A DNA stretch of 64,000 nucleotides from Chiloscyllium plagiosum (Eukaryota), in assembly GCF_004010195.1 (NCBI RefSeq), contig NC_057751.1, positions 9,933,457-9,997,456 of the forward strand, read 5' to 3'. The translations under genes and the position numbers were made by a program. The notes under the pieces are model-generated. The model was not told where the DNA came from. It saw only the letters and a list, made by a program, of their open reading frames with translations, and made no database searches. Below, one piece after another: positions 1 through 11,359 of this stretch; positions within the stretch are counted from its first letter, which is position 1, and each line of letters opens with the position of its first letter.

Positions 1-2489
1 AAAATGCTTGCAAGAAAGGCTGTATTGTTGGGAGAACCCTGAACAACTAGGCTAAGCCTCCGACTCAAGCATGACTTGTGTTGCCTTCCATTCTCATGCA
101 ACTTGTAAATGTGCATAGGAAAATTGAAATTAGCTGCAACCACCCCAGAAGTGGGCAGAGTCCTTTATTTTCTTTGAGCATGTGGGCTCTGTCTGTGAGC
201 AACATCAGGCCCTTCAAGGGGCAATTTTATATTCATCAGGCATTTTCATCATCCACACTGAAATCATCAGTAATCATTGTATCATGTTTGTGAAATGTAT
301 GCAATGTCCAACTGAGTGAGGTGCAAATCCTGGTGATAAGACAATTTGACAGTGCTGTTGGTTATTATTGATTGAAGAGTAACATGTCTCTGTAAAGCAG
401 ACTTTAAGTGGCATGTGTGGTCCACAATCCACAAAGACAATACCAGATGTGTAGGTTGCACAAAGTTACAGACCCAATTTCCTTGTTGTGGGAGTAATGG
501 GGAACAGATCTTGTTCCATCTTAATATATTGCATGACTTATTTTTAAAATTACACACCATCGGTCTCAAACCACATTCAGGATGAGAACTCCTGTTGCTG
601 TTACAACTATGAATGTGGACTGCTTCTAGAGATTATTTGTTTGCAACCAGCAAGGTATGAACTAGTCAAAAACCAACTACATGTTTAATAGAAAATCCTT
701 TATTGTCATGTGTACTCCAGTACTAAAGTACAGGAGTGCAGTGAAAAGTTTTAACAATGGCTGCCTCCAATGACACCACCTTAGCTTCTAATATTGGATA
801 CAAAAGAGGAATAAAAGAAAAATTAGTCATTATTCCCGACCGGCTGTGTCACAGCTGCACTGGAGAGTCCAATCTTGTGTCGAACTTGACACGAGCGAAT
901 TCAATCATCATTCCAGATGCATGTTAAATTCCAATGACACAAATAGCTTATTTCTCTGAATTTATTTATAACAACATAATAATACATAGAATCCCTACTG
1001 TGTGGAAATAGGCCATTGGACCAACAAGTGGACACCGATGCTCTGAAGAGTATCCCAGCCTGGTCCATTCCCCAATAATCACAGAACAGTTCTGTGCCAC
1101 ATGAAGAGGTACAGATGCCACTACTTTTAAAATTTTGGATTTCTCAAAAATGTTTCAAAGCTAGATGAATCAAAAGGGTTGCTTTTCAAGATAAGCCAAC
1201 CTGAAGACAATTCTATGATGATCCAACTTCAACCTCACGCTGAAGTCAAGGTGACACATGGGTTGACCACGGTCACTCTTGCAGATCAGTCATACTAGAT
1301 AGTTTTTTTTTATGTGATATATTATTGTCACATGTACCAAGGTACAGTGAAAAGTTTTGTTGCATGCAGTACAGGTGGATCAGAGAAGGTGCACAGAGAT
1401 CAACATTAAATTTGAAATTGGAGAGGTCCATTCAGAAGTCTAATAACAGCAGGAAAGAAGCTGTACTTGAACCTGCTGGTCCATGTGTTTAAGCTTTTGT
1501 ATCTTCTGCCTGATGGACAAGGTCAGAAGAGATAATAACCAAGATGGCAGGGTCTTTGAAGATGTTGGCCGTAGAGACATCATGACATTGTTTTGGGGGT
1601 GGGGGGTGCAGATGGATTTTTCTTGCAATGGGCGGGCAATGGATGTGATAGAAATGCATGAAAGAGCAGTTGACGGTGAGGTGTCCCCGCTGAGCGAGTA
1701 GGAAGCACAGAAGACAGGAAGGATTTGTAGTTTAGGAGGACAAATCAGCCGACAGCCATTGAAGGGATGTGATAGTGAGAGTTGCCATTCATGAGGCTTG
1801 GTGAGAAGTGTGTGTAGTTGGCAGAGTGAATATTGGCCCTGTCAGCATGAGGGAGCAGGAAGAAGATGGCGGTACTAACCACTGCCAAGTTGACGATCCT
1901 TGACCTGCTGGGAGGTATTCCATCCAGACACTGTGCTGCTCTGGGCCACTATCTCAGTCTCGGCTGACTGGATCTTGTGATATGGCCTCCTTTGTCAGTC
2001 AGCAGGGCACAGCACAACCCTCAATTGCGCCACTCGATCCTCTACTTCAGATCCCTATCGGTGAACCAAGGCACTAACTTGCTTTTCTGAGGCAATTTCC
2101 TTGGGAATAACATTGCAGGACCATGGTGAGACAGACATCTCCTGGCTTACAAGCATCTGAGGTGCTGTGGAACGAATGTTTAAATGTGGCACCAGGTGTG
2201 TGAATTCTGGAACATCTGGGCAGTGACAAACACCCCCTTTTCTCCTGCCCCACGTTACCACAAAATGGGTACTGTCGAAGTCCGCTGCATGAAGAGACTA
2301 GAAGATCGTTTGAGAAAAATAAACTTGGGTCATAGTAAACTAGGGCGTCTTGAATCTCACTTTGAAAAAAATATTTTGCCTAAAAATGGGAATTTCAGCT
2401 GAACATCCCTCCCCATTCAGTCTTGGTAAAGGCTAGCAAGTAGATTGGAAAGGTATTCAAGCTTTTCTAATGGCTGTAAAGGCTGCAAT

Positions 2490-2895
2490 TTGAAGTGGCT
2501 GGGGCTTTACTTTCCTGGAGCATCAAACGCTGAGGGGTGACCTCATCGAGGTTGATGAAATCATGAGGGGCATAGATATGGTGAATAGCCAAAGTCTTTT
2601 TCCCAGGGTCAGGGAGTCCAAAACTAGAGGGCATAGGTGACAGAGTAAAGATTTAAAAAAGGTCCTGAGGGGTAACGTTTTCTCCTAGAGGGTGGAATGA
2701 GCTGCAAGAGGAAGTGGTGGAGGCTGGTACAATTACAGCATTTAAAAGGCATCTGGATGGGTCTGTGAATAGGTTTGATTTGGAGGGATATGGTCCAAGT
2801 GCTGGCAAATGGGTCTAGATGAGGTTGGGATATTTGGTCAAAATGGACAAGTTGGACCAAAGGGTCTGTTTCTTTGCTGTCTGACTCTATAACTC
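2490..2895 (+). mobile_element. CR1/HER1-like LINE 3' end fragment
   Basis: Degenerate C-terminal RT region (ctgaggggtgacctcatcgagg...tctttttcccaggg...tggaatgagctgc) followed by the tail gttggaccaaagggtctgtttc. The same tail recurs at about 21710, 35165 and in the SINE tails. Boundaries approximate. Confidence 0.7.
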
Positions 2896-3089
2896 TGTAA
2901 GTTGGATCAAAGAGTTGGTTTGTTTGAATTGAATTGAATTTATTGTCACATGTACTCAGGCACAGTGAAAAGCAAGACAAACAGTTGTGTCGATAGTGAA
3001 TAATAGGTAAACAGCGGCAAAAACAAAAACACAAGTACAGGTGAATGTTGAGTTTTGAGCACATTCAGTATTCTGATAACAGTAGGGTA

Positions 3090-3686
3090 TGTTAGAAATG
3101 GGGTAAAGTATTGTTTTTGCAGATATAGAAAAAACATACAGAAAAGGGGTACAGCAAGAGAACTATTAACCTTGCAGGTATTTAGGGAAGAGTATCTCTA
3201 CTTTTCAGTGTATAATTATGGTTAATTTAATACTAACTTTGGTGTGTAATTATTATAACAAATAAGTTATTTTTAAAAATTATGTTTTCAGCAAAAAGCT
3301 GAGATAACCGAAATGCTTGAGCGATACAAAATGATACAAGTTAATGAAATTCCGAGGATGGAATTGATACTAAATGTTAAACCTGATCTTGACAAAAATA
3401 ATGTGCGTCAGCACTTACAGAGAGGAAGGTTGCCAAATTGGGGAAGGGGGAAGTAATAAGGGTGGAGCGCAGCTGGGCATTGGTATGGCATAGTAAGAGA
3501 GATTGGGTAATTAGGAGTCTGGAGAGATGACCTCACTCAGCTCAAAGGGTATAACGGTATACAAACCCGAGTTCTGATTTGCTCATTTGCTTATGCAATT
3601 GAAGCCCTTACTTGCAAGTTCGTAATAAATTGTCGTTTCCAGATTTGTTGGGTCTCGCGTAAATTTTATTAAGTTTGTTTCTTACA
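3090..3686 (+). mobile_element. Solo LTR (597 bp)
   Basis: Starts TGTTAGAAA and ends TTTCTTACA (8/9 inverted termini). Flanked by 4-bp TSD GGTA (3086-3089 and 3687-3690), with AATAAA at 3624-3629. Removing it rejoins an older repeat whose uninterrupted copy is at about 1438-1510. Confidence 0.8.
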
Positions 3687-3829
3687 GGTAGAAACTGTTA
3701 TGAAACCAGCCGGTGCGTGTGTTCAGGCTTCTGATGCCAGTCAAAAAAGAGAATTCCTGGGAAAGATTTGGGTGGGGAATAACAAAATGAAGCAGCTGGA
3801 GAACGGACCACACACACCTGGATCTGGAG

Positions 3830-4900
3830 GCGCCCGAGGAAAAGGTCTAAATGTCTCAGATGACGCAGATCGGGGGAAAAAACGCCCGAAAACACGGGCG
3901 TAAAATTTTTAAACTCCGTCAAATAGCGGGTGACGGAATCGGTCGCAAACAGCACATGGAGGAAGATCCTCAGGGCTGGGGAGAAAAACGAAGATGGAAT
4001 CCATGAAATCGCCCCTCAACAAAATGGCGGCCTTGAAAAATTCGTCGTTACCCCGCAACAAGATGGCGTCCGCGCCCTTGTTGTTGTGGTCGCCGCGCGC
4101 GAGGCGTGACGGTTCGTCACGTGCCAGCGAGCCCGCCGCTTGGCGGGAACCTCCCAACGGAAATCCATCCCGAGCGCGAGCCGGGAAAAGCAAAGCTGCA
4201 GCAAGGAGAAGACGAGCAACCCAATAAAATTAACCGTGCCAGGCGGTGTCTGAGAGCTGAGAAAGGAGAAAGGGGAGAGGGGTGGGGTATTTATCCTTCC
4301 ATCGCAGCCGTTCATCCACGTTGTTATGTTTTCCGAGCGGGCGGCGCAGCAGGAGCCGACTCTGCTGTCGGCCCCGCTCCCGGCCCAGCCGGGCCCGACT
4401 TTCCCCCGGGTCACCGCCGGCTCCTACAACAACCGCTCCGGCTGCTTCAGGCTGGGCGAGCGCTCCTTCCAGCGGCAGTACGCGCACATCTACGCCGCCC
4501 GGTTGATGCAGGTGCGCCCGTTGGTGGAGGAGAGCGCCAGAAAGAAGTGGGGTGAGTATTTCCCCCAGCTCCACACACAGCCGCCAGAGATGGGGGGGAC
4601 GGGTCAGGCGCCAACCGGCGGTGGGTGGATGGATGTTGGTTGAGCGAGGAATGGAATGGCATTGTCCTGAACCGCGGTGAAACACTCGGTCTGTGCGGTG
4701 CGTTGATTTTATTTCAGGATTGAATCCGCTGCTCTCCCCAGCGGCTCCATCAGGCTGAGTGTTGCTGTTCACTCGGGCGCCGCATGATTCTCCTGTTGTG
4801 TTCTGCAGGGGCCGATGTGCCGGTCAAGAAGCTGTGTGAGCTGCAGGTCGGCCAGAAATGTTGTGTGGTTGGCACCCTCTTCAAGCACATGGAGTTGAAA
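3830..4900 (+). promoter_or_regulatory. CpG island / POLD2 promoter region
   Basis: Sharp rise in CpG and GC against a CpG-depleted background. Contains YY1-like AAAATGGCGGC (4021-4031) and AAGATGGCGTC (4060-4070), E-box GTCACGTG (4116-4123) and E2F-like TTGGCGGGAA (4140-4149). A probable acceptor ttatccttccatcgcag ends at 4307, upstream of ATG 4326. Confidence 0.8.
4326..4551 (+). CDS. POLD2: DNA polymerase delta subunit 2, coding exon 1
   Basis: MFSERAAQ...FRLGERSFQRQYAHIYAARL...KKW matches the POLD2 N-terminus. Donor gtgagt at 4552; 226 nt. Confidence 0.96.
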
Positions 4901-4930
4901 CCATCCATCCTGCGGGAAATCAGTGAGGAG
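4809..4930 (+). CDS. POLD2: POLD2 coding exon 2
   Basis: ttctgcag acceptor; (G)[40 protein letters not shown]; donor gtagga; 122 nt. Confidence 0.96.
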
Positions 4931-6209
4931 GTAGGAGTCCTGCTCTGGGACCCGTCTCAGTATGAGCCTCTTGAGGACGTATCCTTCACCGTCACCCTAG
5001 TATTTGGCCGTCGCTCTCAGCCCAGCGAAAGGTCTAGTACTTTTAATCAGCATGTCCCGATTCCTTTGCGCGGTGAAGCATCCACCATTAGAACATAACG
5101 AATGAGAATTCGTGCACCGTTACTCCAACTGGGGTGATGCTCAAAGGTATGGACTCGTGCAAACCATTGCCCTGTTCATATTTGCAGAGTATACAGGAGT
5201 CTTATGTGTTACTACATTAGATTGGTTTGCAGTGCACTGCCATTCATTTAGATTGCTGATAATGGTTGTGGTCTTGTCTATGCTTTCTGGTCTGCACAAC
5301 TTTACTCGAAAGTTGAACAATAAAACACTGACCTGTAAGAAATAAGAATATGACTCAAGTTGTGACTAACATTTACTCAACACCTTGAGCCTGTCTGCCA
5401 CTGAATGGGACCATGGCAGATCTGACTTGGCTCAAGTCTACCTCTCTGCCCTTCCTCCATCTCTTGATTTCCCCACATTGTGAAGAGTCTTACCGATCTA
5501 AGCATTAAATAGTGTTAAGGACTCTCCCCCACATCTCTCTGTGGCAAGGAGTTCCAAAGTCACTGAATACTTTGAAAGAAGAAATACTTCTTCACTTCAA
5601 ACTTAAACCCCTCTGTTTCTCGCCCTTAGCCTGAGAGTCTGCCTTCTGGTCTGAAACTCCCTTCTGAGGAGAAGCATTCTCTCAGAATTCAGAATGTCAA
5701 GCTCCTTCAGAATCCTGTATGTTTCAGTGAGATCACATCATTCTTCTCAACTCCAGTAGGCAGAGCTTTTGCTCATAAGATTCTTTCTTCCTTGTTTCTC
5801 TTTACCTTGCCACACGACTTGCGTTCCCACCCCTCTACTGTTCGAGTTTAAATCTTCCCCAACCACAGGAATAAATATTGCCCTTGGACGTCAGTCTTGG
5901 TCTGCTCAACTGTAACCTGTCCAGTTTGTACTGGTCCCACCTCTCCCAGAACCAGCCCCAATATTCCAGACATCTGAGACCCCCCTCCCCCGCCAAGTTT
6001 TCTGGCCATGTATTCAACTGTTATATCTTTGTTTATACTTTGACTGCCATGTGGGTAACTCCCTTTGAGTTGGAGCCATAGAAATGCATGTCTGTTTCCT
6101 TTCCTGTTGATCTATAACAATTGCATTCACACTCTTTTTATATTCCTCCCCTGTGCAGCCACGTCGACTGTGGTGCAATGAATTTACTGGTTTCCCCTGA
6201 GAGGCCGTT

Positions 6210-6850
6210 CTCTCCAAAAGCATCCAAAGCACTATATATGCCAGACGACTGCGACCACTAGGACTTATAACAGCACACAAACCAACAGCCACTCTCATAC
6301 AACAACTCACCAGAAAGAAGGACCCGATACCCAGCATGAGCAAAACTAATGTAGTGTACAAAATCCCATGCACGGACTGCACAAAACACTATATAGGACA
6401 AACAGGAAGACAGCTAACGATCCGCATCCACGAACATCAACTAGCCACGAAACGACACGACCAGCTATCCCTAGTAGCCACACACGCAGACGACAAGCAA
6501 CATGAATTTGACTGGGATAACACTACCATTATAGGGCAAGCCAAACAAAAAACAGCCAGGGAATTCCTAGAAGCATGGCACTCATCCACAAACTCCATCA
6601 ACAAACACATCGACCTGGACCGAATATACCGGCCACTATAGCGGACAGCTGAAACTGACAACCAGAAGCGGCAGGGACAGGCCACTATAAATGCCGGAGG
6701 AAACACCACAGAAGTGCTTCACAGGAGGCTCCCAAGCACTGAGGATGTCACCTAGACAGGGGACGAAACGTTTGCAACAAAAACTTCCAGCTCGGCGAAC
6801 AGAACCACAGCAACGAGCACCCGAACTACAAATCTTCTCACAAACTTTGA
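6210..6850 (+). mobile_element. Penelope-like element 3' portion with GIY-YIG endonuclease ORF remnant
   Basis: ORF 6336-6641 NVVYKIPCTDCTKHYIGQTGRQLTIRIHEH...REFLEAWH is a typical PLE GIY-YIG domain, followed by a hammerhead-like motif at 6736-6775. Confidence 0.88.
6736..6775 (+). ncRNA. Minimal hammerhead ribozyme motif (Penelope-associated)
   Basis: GCA-CTGAGGA-t-GTCACCT/agac/AGGGGAC-GAAA-CGTT-TGC. It has the conserved CUGANGA and GAAA core, stem II, palindromic AACGUU stem III and a 3-bp stem I (GCA/UGC). Confidence 0.65.
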
Positions 6851-8419
6851 GTACTATATATGTTTTGCACAGTAAGAGCCACGGGGGTTTCCTGCACTCC
6901 CAGCTTTGACAAAGGGTCAGTTAGACTCGAAACATCAGCTCTTTTCTCTCCTTACAGATGCTGCCAGACCTTGTCCTTTTATTTGTCCTGGTAGTCACTC
7001 ATTCCATTTCTGCCGATGGAGTCTCAGCCTGTGATGTGCCAACTTATATGTACTGCTGTCCATGGGACTCGCAGCTTCATGGCTGCTCCAATGTCCCCAG
7101 CTCCCAAATGGTTTACTTCATATTCTTAGATGGTGATTCCTGGTTCTGGACTCCTCCATCAATGGGAACTTCCTGACAGTGTAATAAAGGGGAGTACAAA
7201 TAAGGTACACCCTCTTCTCTCGATTGGGAAAATTACCTTAAAGAATGGACACCTGATGTGGTGGGAAGGTCTCTACTTGGCAAGTTGGACTGACACAAAT
7301 ATTACAGGAATTGATATTACAGGAACATGCCCATGGCTGGTTTTGAAATTGTAATTGAGAAACATGACACTGTTTGTGCACTTTCCCAGCCTGAGCACCT
7401 CCTTCTGTCGCTTCCCAATTCTTCAACATGACCTGTCCCTCCATCTTTCTTTGTGTCACCTGCAAACTTAGCAGCCGAGCCCTCAGTTACTTTGTGCTGA
7501 TTGTAGTCCCAGCACAGATCCCTGCGATACTCCACTAGTAACTGGCTGCCATCCTGAAAAGATCCCTTTATCCCCACTTTCTGCCTTCTGCCAGTTAACC
7601 AAAAGTCTTTGCATGCCAGTACGTTGCCTGTAATATCTGAGCAATTTCTCATGTTGTTCAATAGATGCCAGTGCTGTAACTGTACTGGAACAACTTGGTG
7701 AGAGGAACGGTAAGTTCTGGAGCACAAGTCTTCCATTCTGTTGCTGGAATGTTGTCGCGGCCCACAGCCTATCAGGATCCAGCGTCTCCAATTGTTTCTT
7801 GATATACTGTGGAGTGTATCGAAAAGGCTGAAGACTGATATCTAAATGCTGGGAACTACTAGAGGAGGCCAAGATGGATCATCCACACAAGGCATTTCTG
7901 GCTGAATTTTGCTGTGAAAGCTTCAGTCCTAACTTTTACCTGATGTGCTGGGCTCTTCCATCGTTGACGATGGGGATATTTGTGGAGCTGTCTCCTCCAG
8001 CGAGTTCTTCAATCATCCACCATCTTTCTTGTCTGGATGTGGCAGGACTGCACAGCTGAGATCTGATCTGTTGGTTGTGAGATGCTTAGTTCTGTCTATT
8101 ACTTGCTGCCTATTCTGTTTGGCATGCAAGTAGTCCTGCACTGTTGCTTTAAGTTGACAAGTCATCTTCAGTAAAACTTGGTGCTGCTTCTGGCATGCCC
8201 TCTGCACTCTCCATGGAAACAAAGTTGATCCCCTGAATTGATGGTAATGGTTGAGTGGGGAATATGCTGTGCCATAAACTTACAGGCTGTTTTGGGGTAC
8301 AATTCTGCTGCTGTTGATGGCCCTCAGCATCTCAAGGATGCCCAGTCTTGAATTGCTAGATTTGTTCTCAGTCTTTCCCATTTGGCACAGTGTGCCAAAC
8401 AACATGGCGGTTAATCTCA

Positions 8420-8845
8420 GTGTACAAGCAGAACAAAAACAAAAGACCCTATTCCCATCATATGTAAGACTAACATAGTTTACAAGATTCCATGCAAAGA
8501 CTGCACTCAGCACGATAGGGGACAGGCAAACAACTTCATCCATGAACACCCAGCTAGCGTCTAAATGCCACGACCAGCTGTCTCTAGTAGCCATACTCAA
8601 AGATGACAAGGACCACAAATTCAACTGGGACAATGCAATGATCACAGGGCAAGTTAAACAAAGATCTAAAGCATGGATTCCATCAAGAAACACACAGACT
8701 TAGTCCCAGTATACCGGCCACAACCACGAATAGCAGGAACAGAAACAAATAAATTCCAGAAGATATTGGACAGCAGCGCTTCACTGCAAGCTCCAAAGCA
8801 CTGAAGATGTCACCAAGACAGGGGATGAAATGTCTGCAAGTCATA
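8420..8845 (+). mobile_element. Degenerate Penelope-like element fragment (same family as 6210-6850)
   Basis: Alignable to 6320-6780 (cacgaccagctgtctctagtagccatac, actgggacaa, gcatgg) and ends with a hammerhead-like motif at 8798-8837. Confidence 0.75.
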
Positions 8846-9289
8846 CCCACAACTATAATGTCCAGAGTCCATCTCTTGCTGGTGGTATACGACACATTCA
8901 GGGAAGGTGATGGTCATAGCTGGGGCATTATCTGTAAAGTATAATTCTTTGAATGTGACTGTCTCAGCATGATGCTTGACTTGTCTGTGAGACAGCTCCC
9001 AATTATGGCAAGAGCCCTCAGATGTTAGTAAGGAGGACTTTGCAGGCTTGACAGGGCTGTTTTGTGCCATTGTCTTTTCTGGTGCTAGGTCAATGCCAAG
9101 TAATTTTGTCTAGTTTCATTTCTTTGTGACTTTGGTACAACTGAATGGCTTGCAAGACTATTTCAAAGGGCTGTTGAGAGTCAACTACACCATTGTGGGT
9201 CTGGAGTGACATCTCGGCCGGACCAGGTGGTAATGGCAGATTTCCTTTCCTGAAGGACATCCGTGAATCAGATGGGCTTTTATGACACT

Positions 9290-9930
9290 TGACCGTGGTC
9301 ATCGACAAGAAACTCAACTGGACTCACTACATAAACACTGGCTACGAGAACAGGTCAGAAGTTATGAATACTGTGATGAGAAACTGAACTCCTAAAAGCC
9401 TGTCTGCCAACTCCAAGGCACAGGTCAGGAATATGATGGAATACTTCCCATTCTCCTGGATGAGTGCAGCTCCAACAGTATTTGAGAAGCTTGACACCAT
9501 TAAGAACAAAGCAGCCTGCTTCGTTGGCATTATATCCACAAGCAATCACTCCTTCCACCACCGATGTTCAGTATTAACAGTCTGTACGATCTACAAGCTG
9601 CACATGAGAAATTCGCTCAAGATCCTCACACACCTTCCAAGCCCATGACCACTTTCATCTAGAAGGCCAAGGGCAGCAAATACCTGAGAATGCCACAACC
9701 AATAAGTTCCCTTTCGAACCTCTCCCCATTCTAATTGCAAGTATATTGCTGTTCCTTCATTGTTGCTGGGTCAAAATCTTGGAATTCCTACCTTAATGGC
9801 ATTTCGGGTCAATCTGAAGCAGGCAGTCTGCAGCGCTTCAAGAAGGCGGCACATCATCACCGTCTCAAGGGTAGCTAGGGATAGGCAATGAAGGCCGGCC
9901 AGCCAGCAATGCGGCCTTCTCACAAATGAA
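9290..9930 (+). mobile_element. LINE (CR1/L2 clade) 3' fragment
   Basis: Degenerate RT C-terminus (ORF track MEYFPFSWMSAAPT...KLDTIKNKAAC) plus tail. Homologous copies at about 31650-32020 and 49420-49900. Confidence 0.65.
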
Positions 9931-11359
9931 TAAATCTTTTTTTTTCAAAAAGGCACCATGGGCTCTTAGCTTATTTAGCAGTTTCATGTGCATCACCTCC
10001 AAGGCCTTCTGGAAATCCAAATAAATGACAGCCACTGGCTCTCCTTTATCTAACTTGCTTGGTGCCTCATAGAATTCCAACAGATGATTACGCTTGACTG
10101 TTCTTGACACAGATGTGCTGACAGCCTTATTTTCCAGTGCACTTTCAGGTGCTCCTAAATCTCATACTTCAAGGCCTCCAAAATGTTAACGTCGACTGAG
10201 GTCAGGCCAACTGACCAATAATTTTGTCTTTTGCATCCCTCCCTTTAAACAAGAGTGTTACATTGGCCATTTTCCAGTCATCTGGGACCCTTCCTGACAC
10301 CAGTGATCCCTGAAAGATCACCAATAGTGTCTCTACAATCTCCTTCACTCTTTCCTTAAGAACTCTGGAATGTTGGTTGTCTGGTCCAGGTAGTTAATCC
10401 ACATTTAGATCTTTCAGCTTCCCCACTTGCTCTCTCCCATACGCTTCAAATTCCCTGAAACCTGACATGGATATTCAAGAGAAGAACTACTTACCAATGA
10501 GAGAAAAGGAGGGACAGATCACCAGCTCTGTGTTTTGTGTTATGGACCACACCAAAACCCTTTGATATGTATCAAGGAGATAACCTAGGCTCTAACTTGT
10601 TCTTATTTAAAGGCAAATGAAATGTTCTATGTTGCAGTAGTAATTCAATAGCCACCTGTGTGGAATCGCAGGAGATGGGTAAGATAGTAAATGATTATTT
10701 TGTGTCAGTATTGACTCTGGAGAACACTATGGAAACTACAGGACTTGGAAAAATAAATATGATATTTTGAAAAGTGTCCGTATTCCCGAAGAGGAGGTGC
10801 TGGACATGTTAAAATGCAGAAAGGTGGATAAATCCCAGAGGTCTCATGAGGTGTATCCCAAAATGAAGTGGCATGTTAAGGAAGGGATTTCTCGTTGGAT
10901 CATGTGGAGTCTAGGGGGAAGATAGTCAATTGGAAATGAAACTGGCTGAAAGATGGGAGACATGATGGTGGAGGGGTTTGTTTCGAACTGGAGATCTGTG
11001 ACCAGCAATATGCCATAAGGATCAGTGCTGGATCCACTTCTTTTTGATATTTATGTTAATGATTTGGACATGAATTTAGGAGGAATCATAGATGTGCAGC
11101 ATGGAAACAGACCCTTTGGCACAACTCATCCATGCCAACCAGATAGCCGAAATTAATCTAGTCCCATTTGCCAGCACTTGGCCCATGTCCCTGGAAACCC
11201 TTCCTATTTATATACCCATCCAGATGCCTTTTAAATGTTGTAATTGTACCAGCCTCCATCACTTCCTCTGGAAGCTCATTCCATGCACGTACCACCCTCT
11301 ACGTGAAAAAGCTGCCCCTTGGATTCCTTTTAAATCTTTTCTCCCTTGTCCTGCTTCCA

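Noticed and set aside
3698..4772. Many overlapping 70-180 aa ORFs on both strands around the POLD2 start
   Set aside because: Expected in GC-rich CpG-island sequence. They show no recognisable domains, and the AILLRG repeat only reflects the duplicated YY1 motif.
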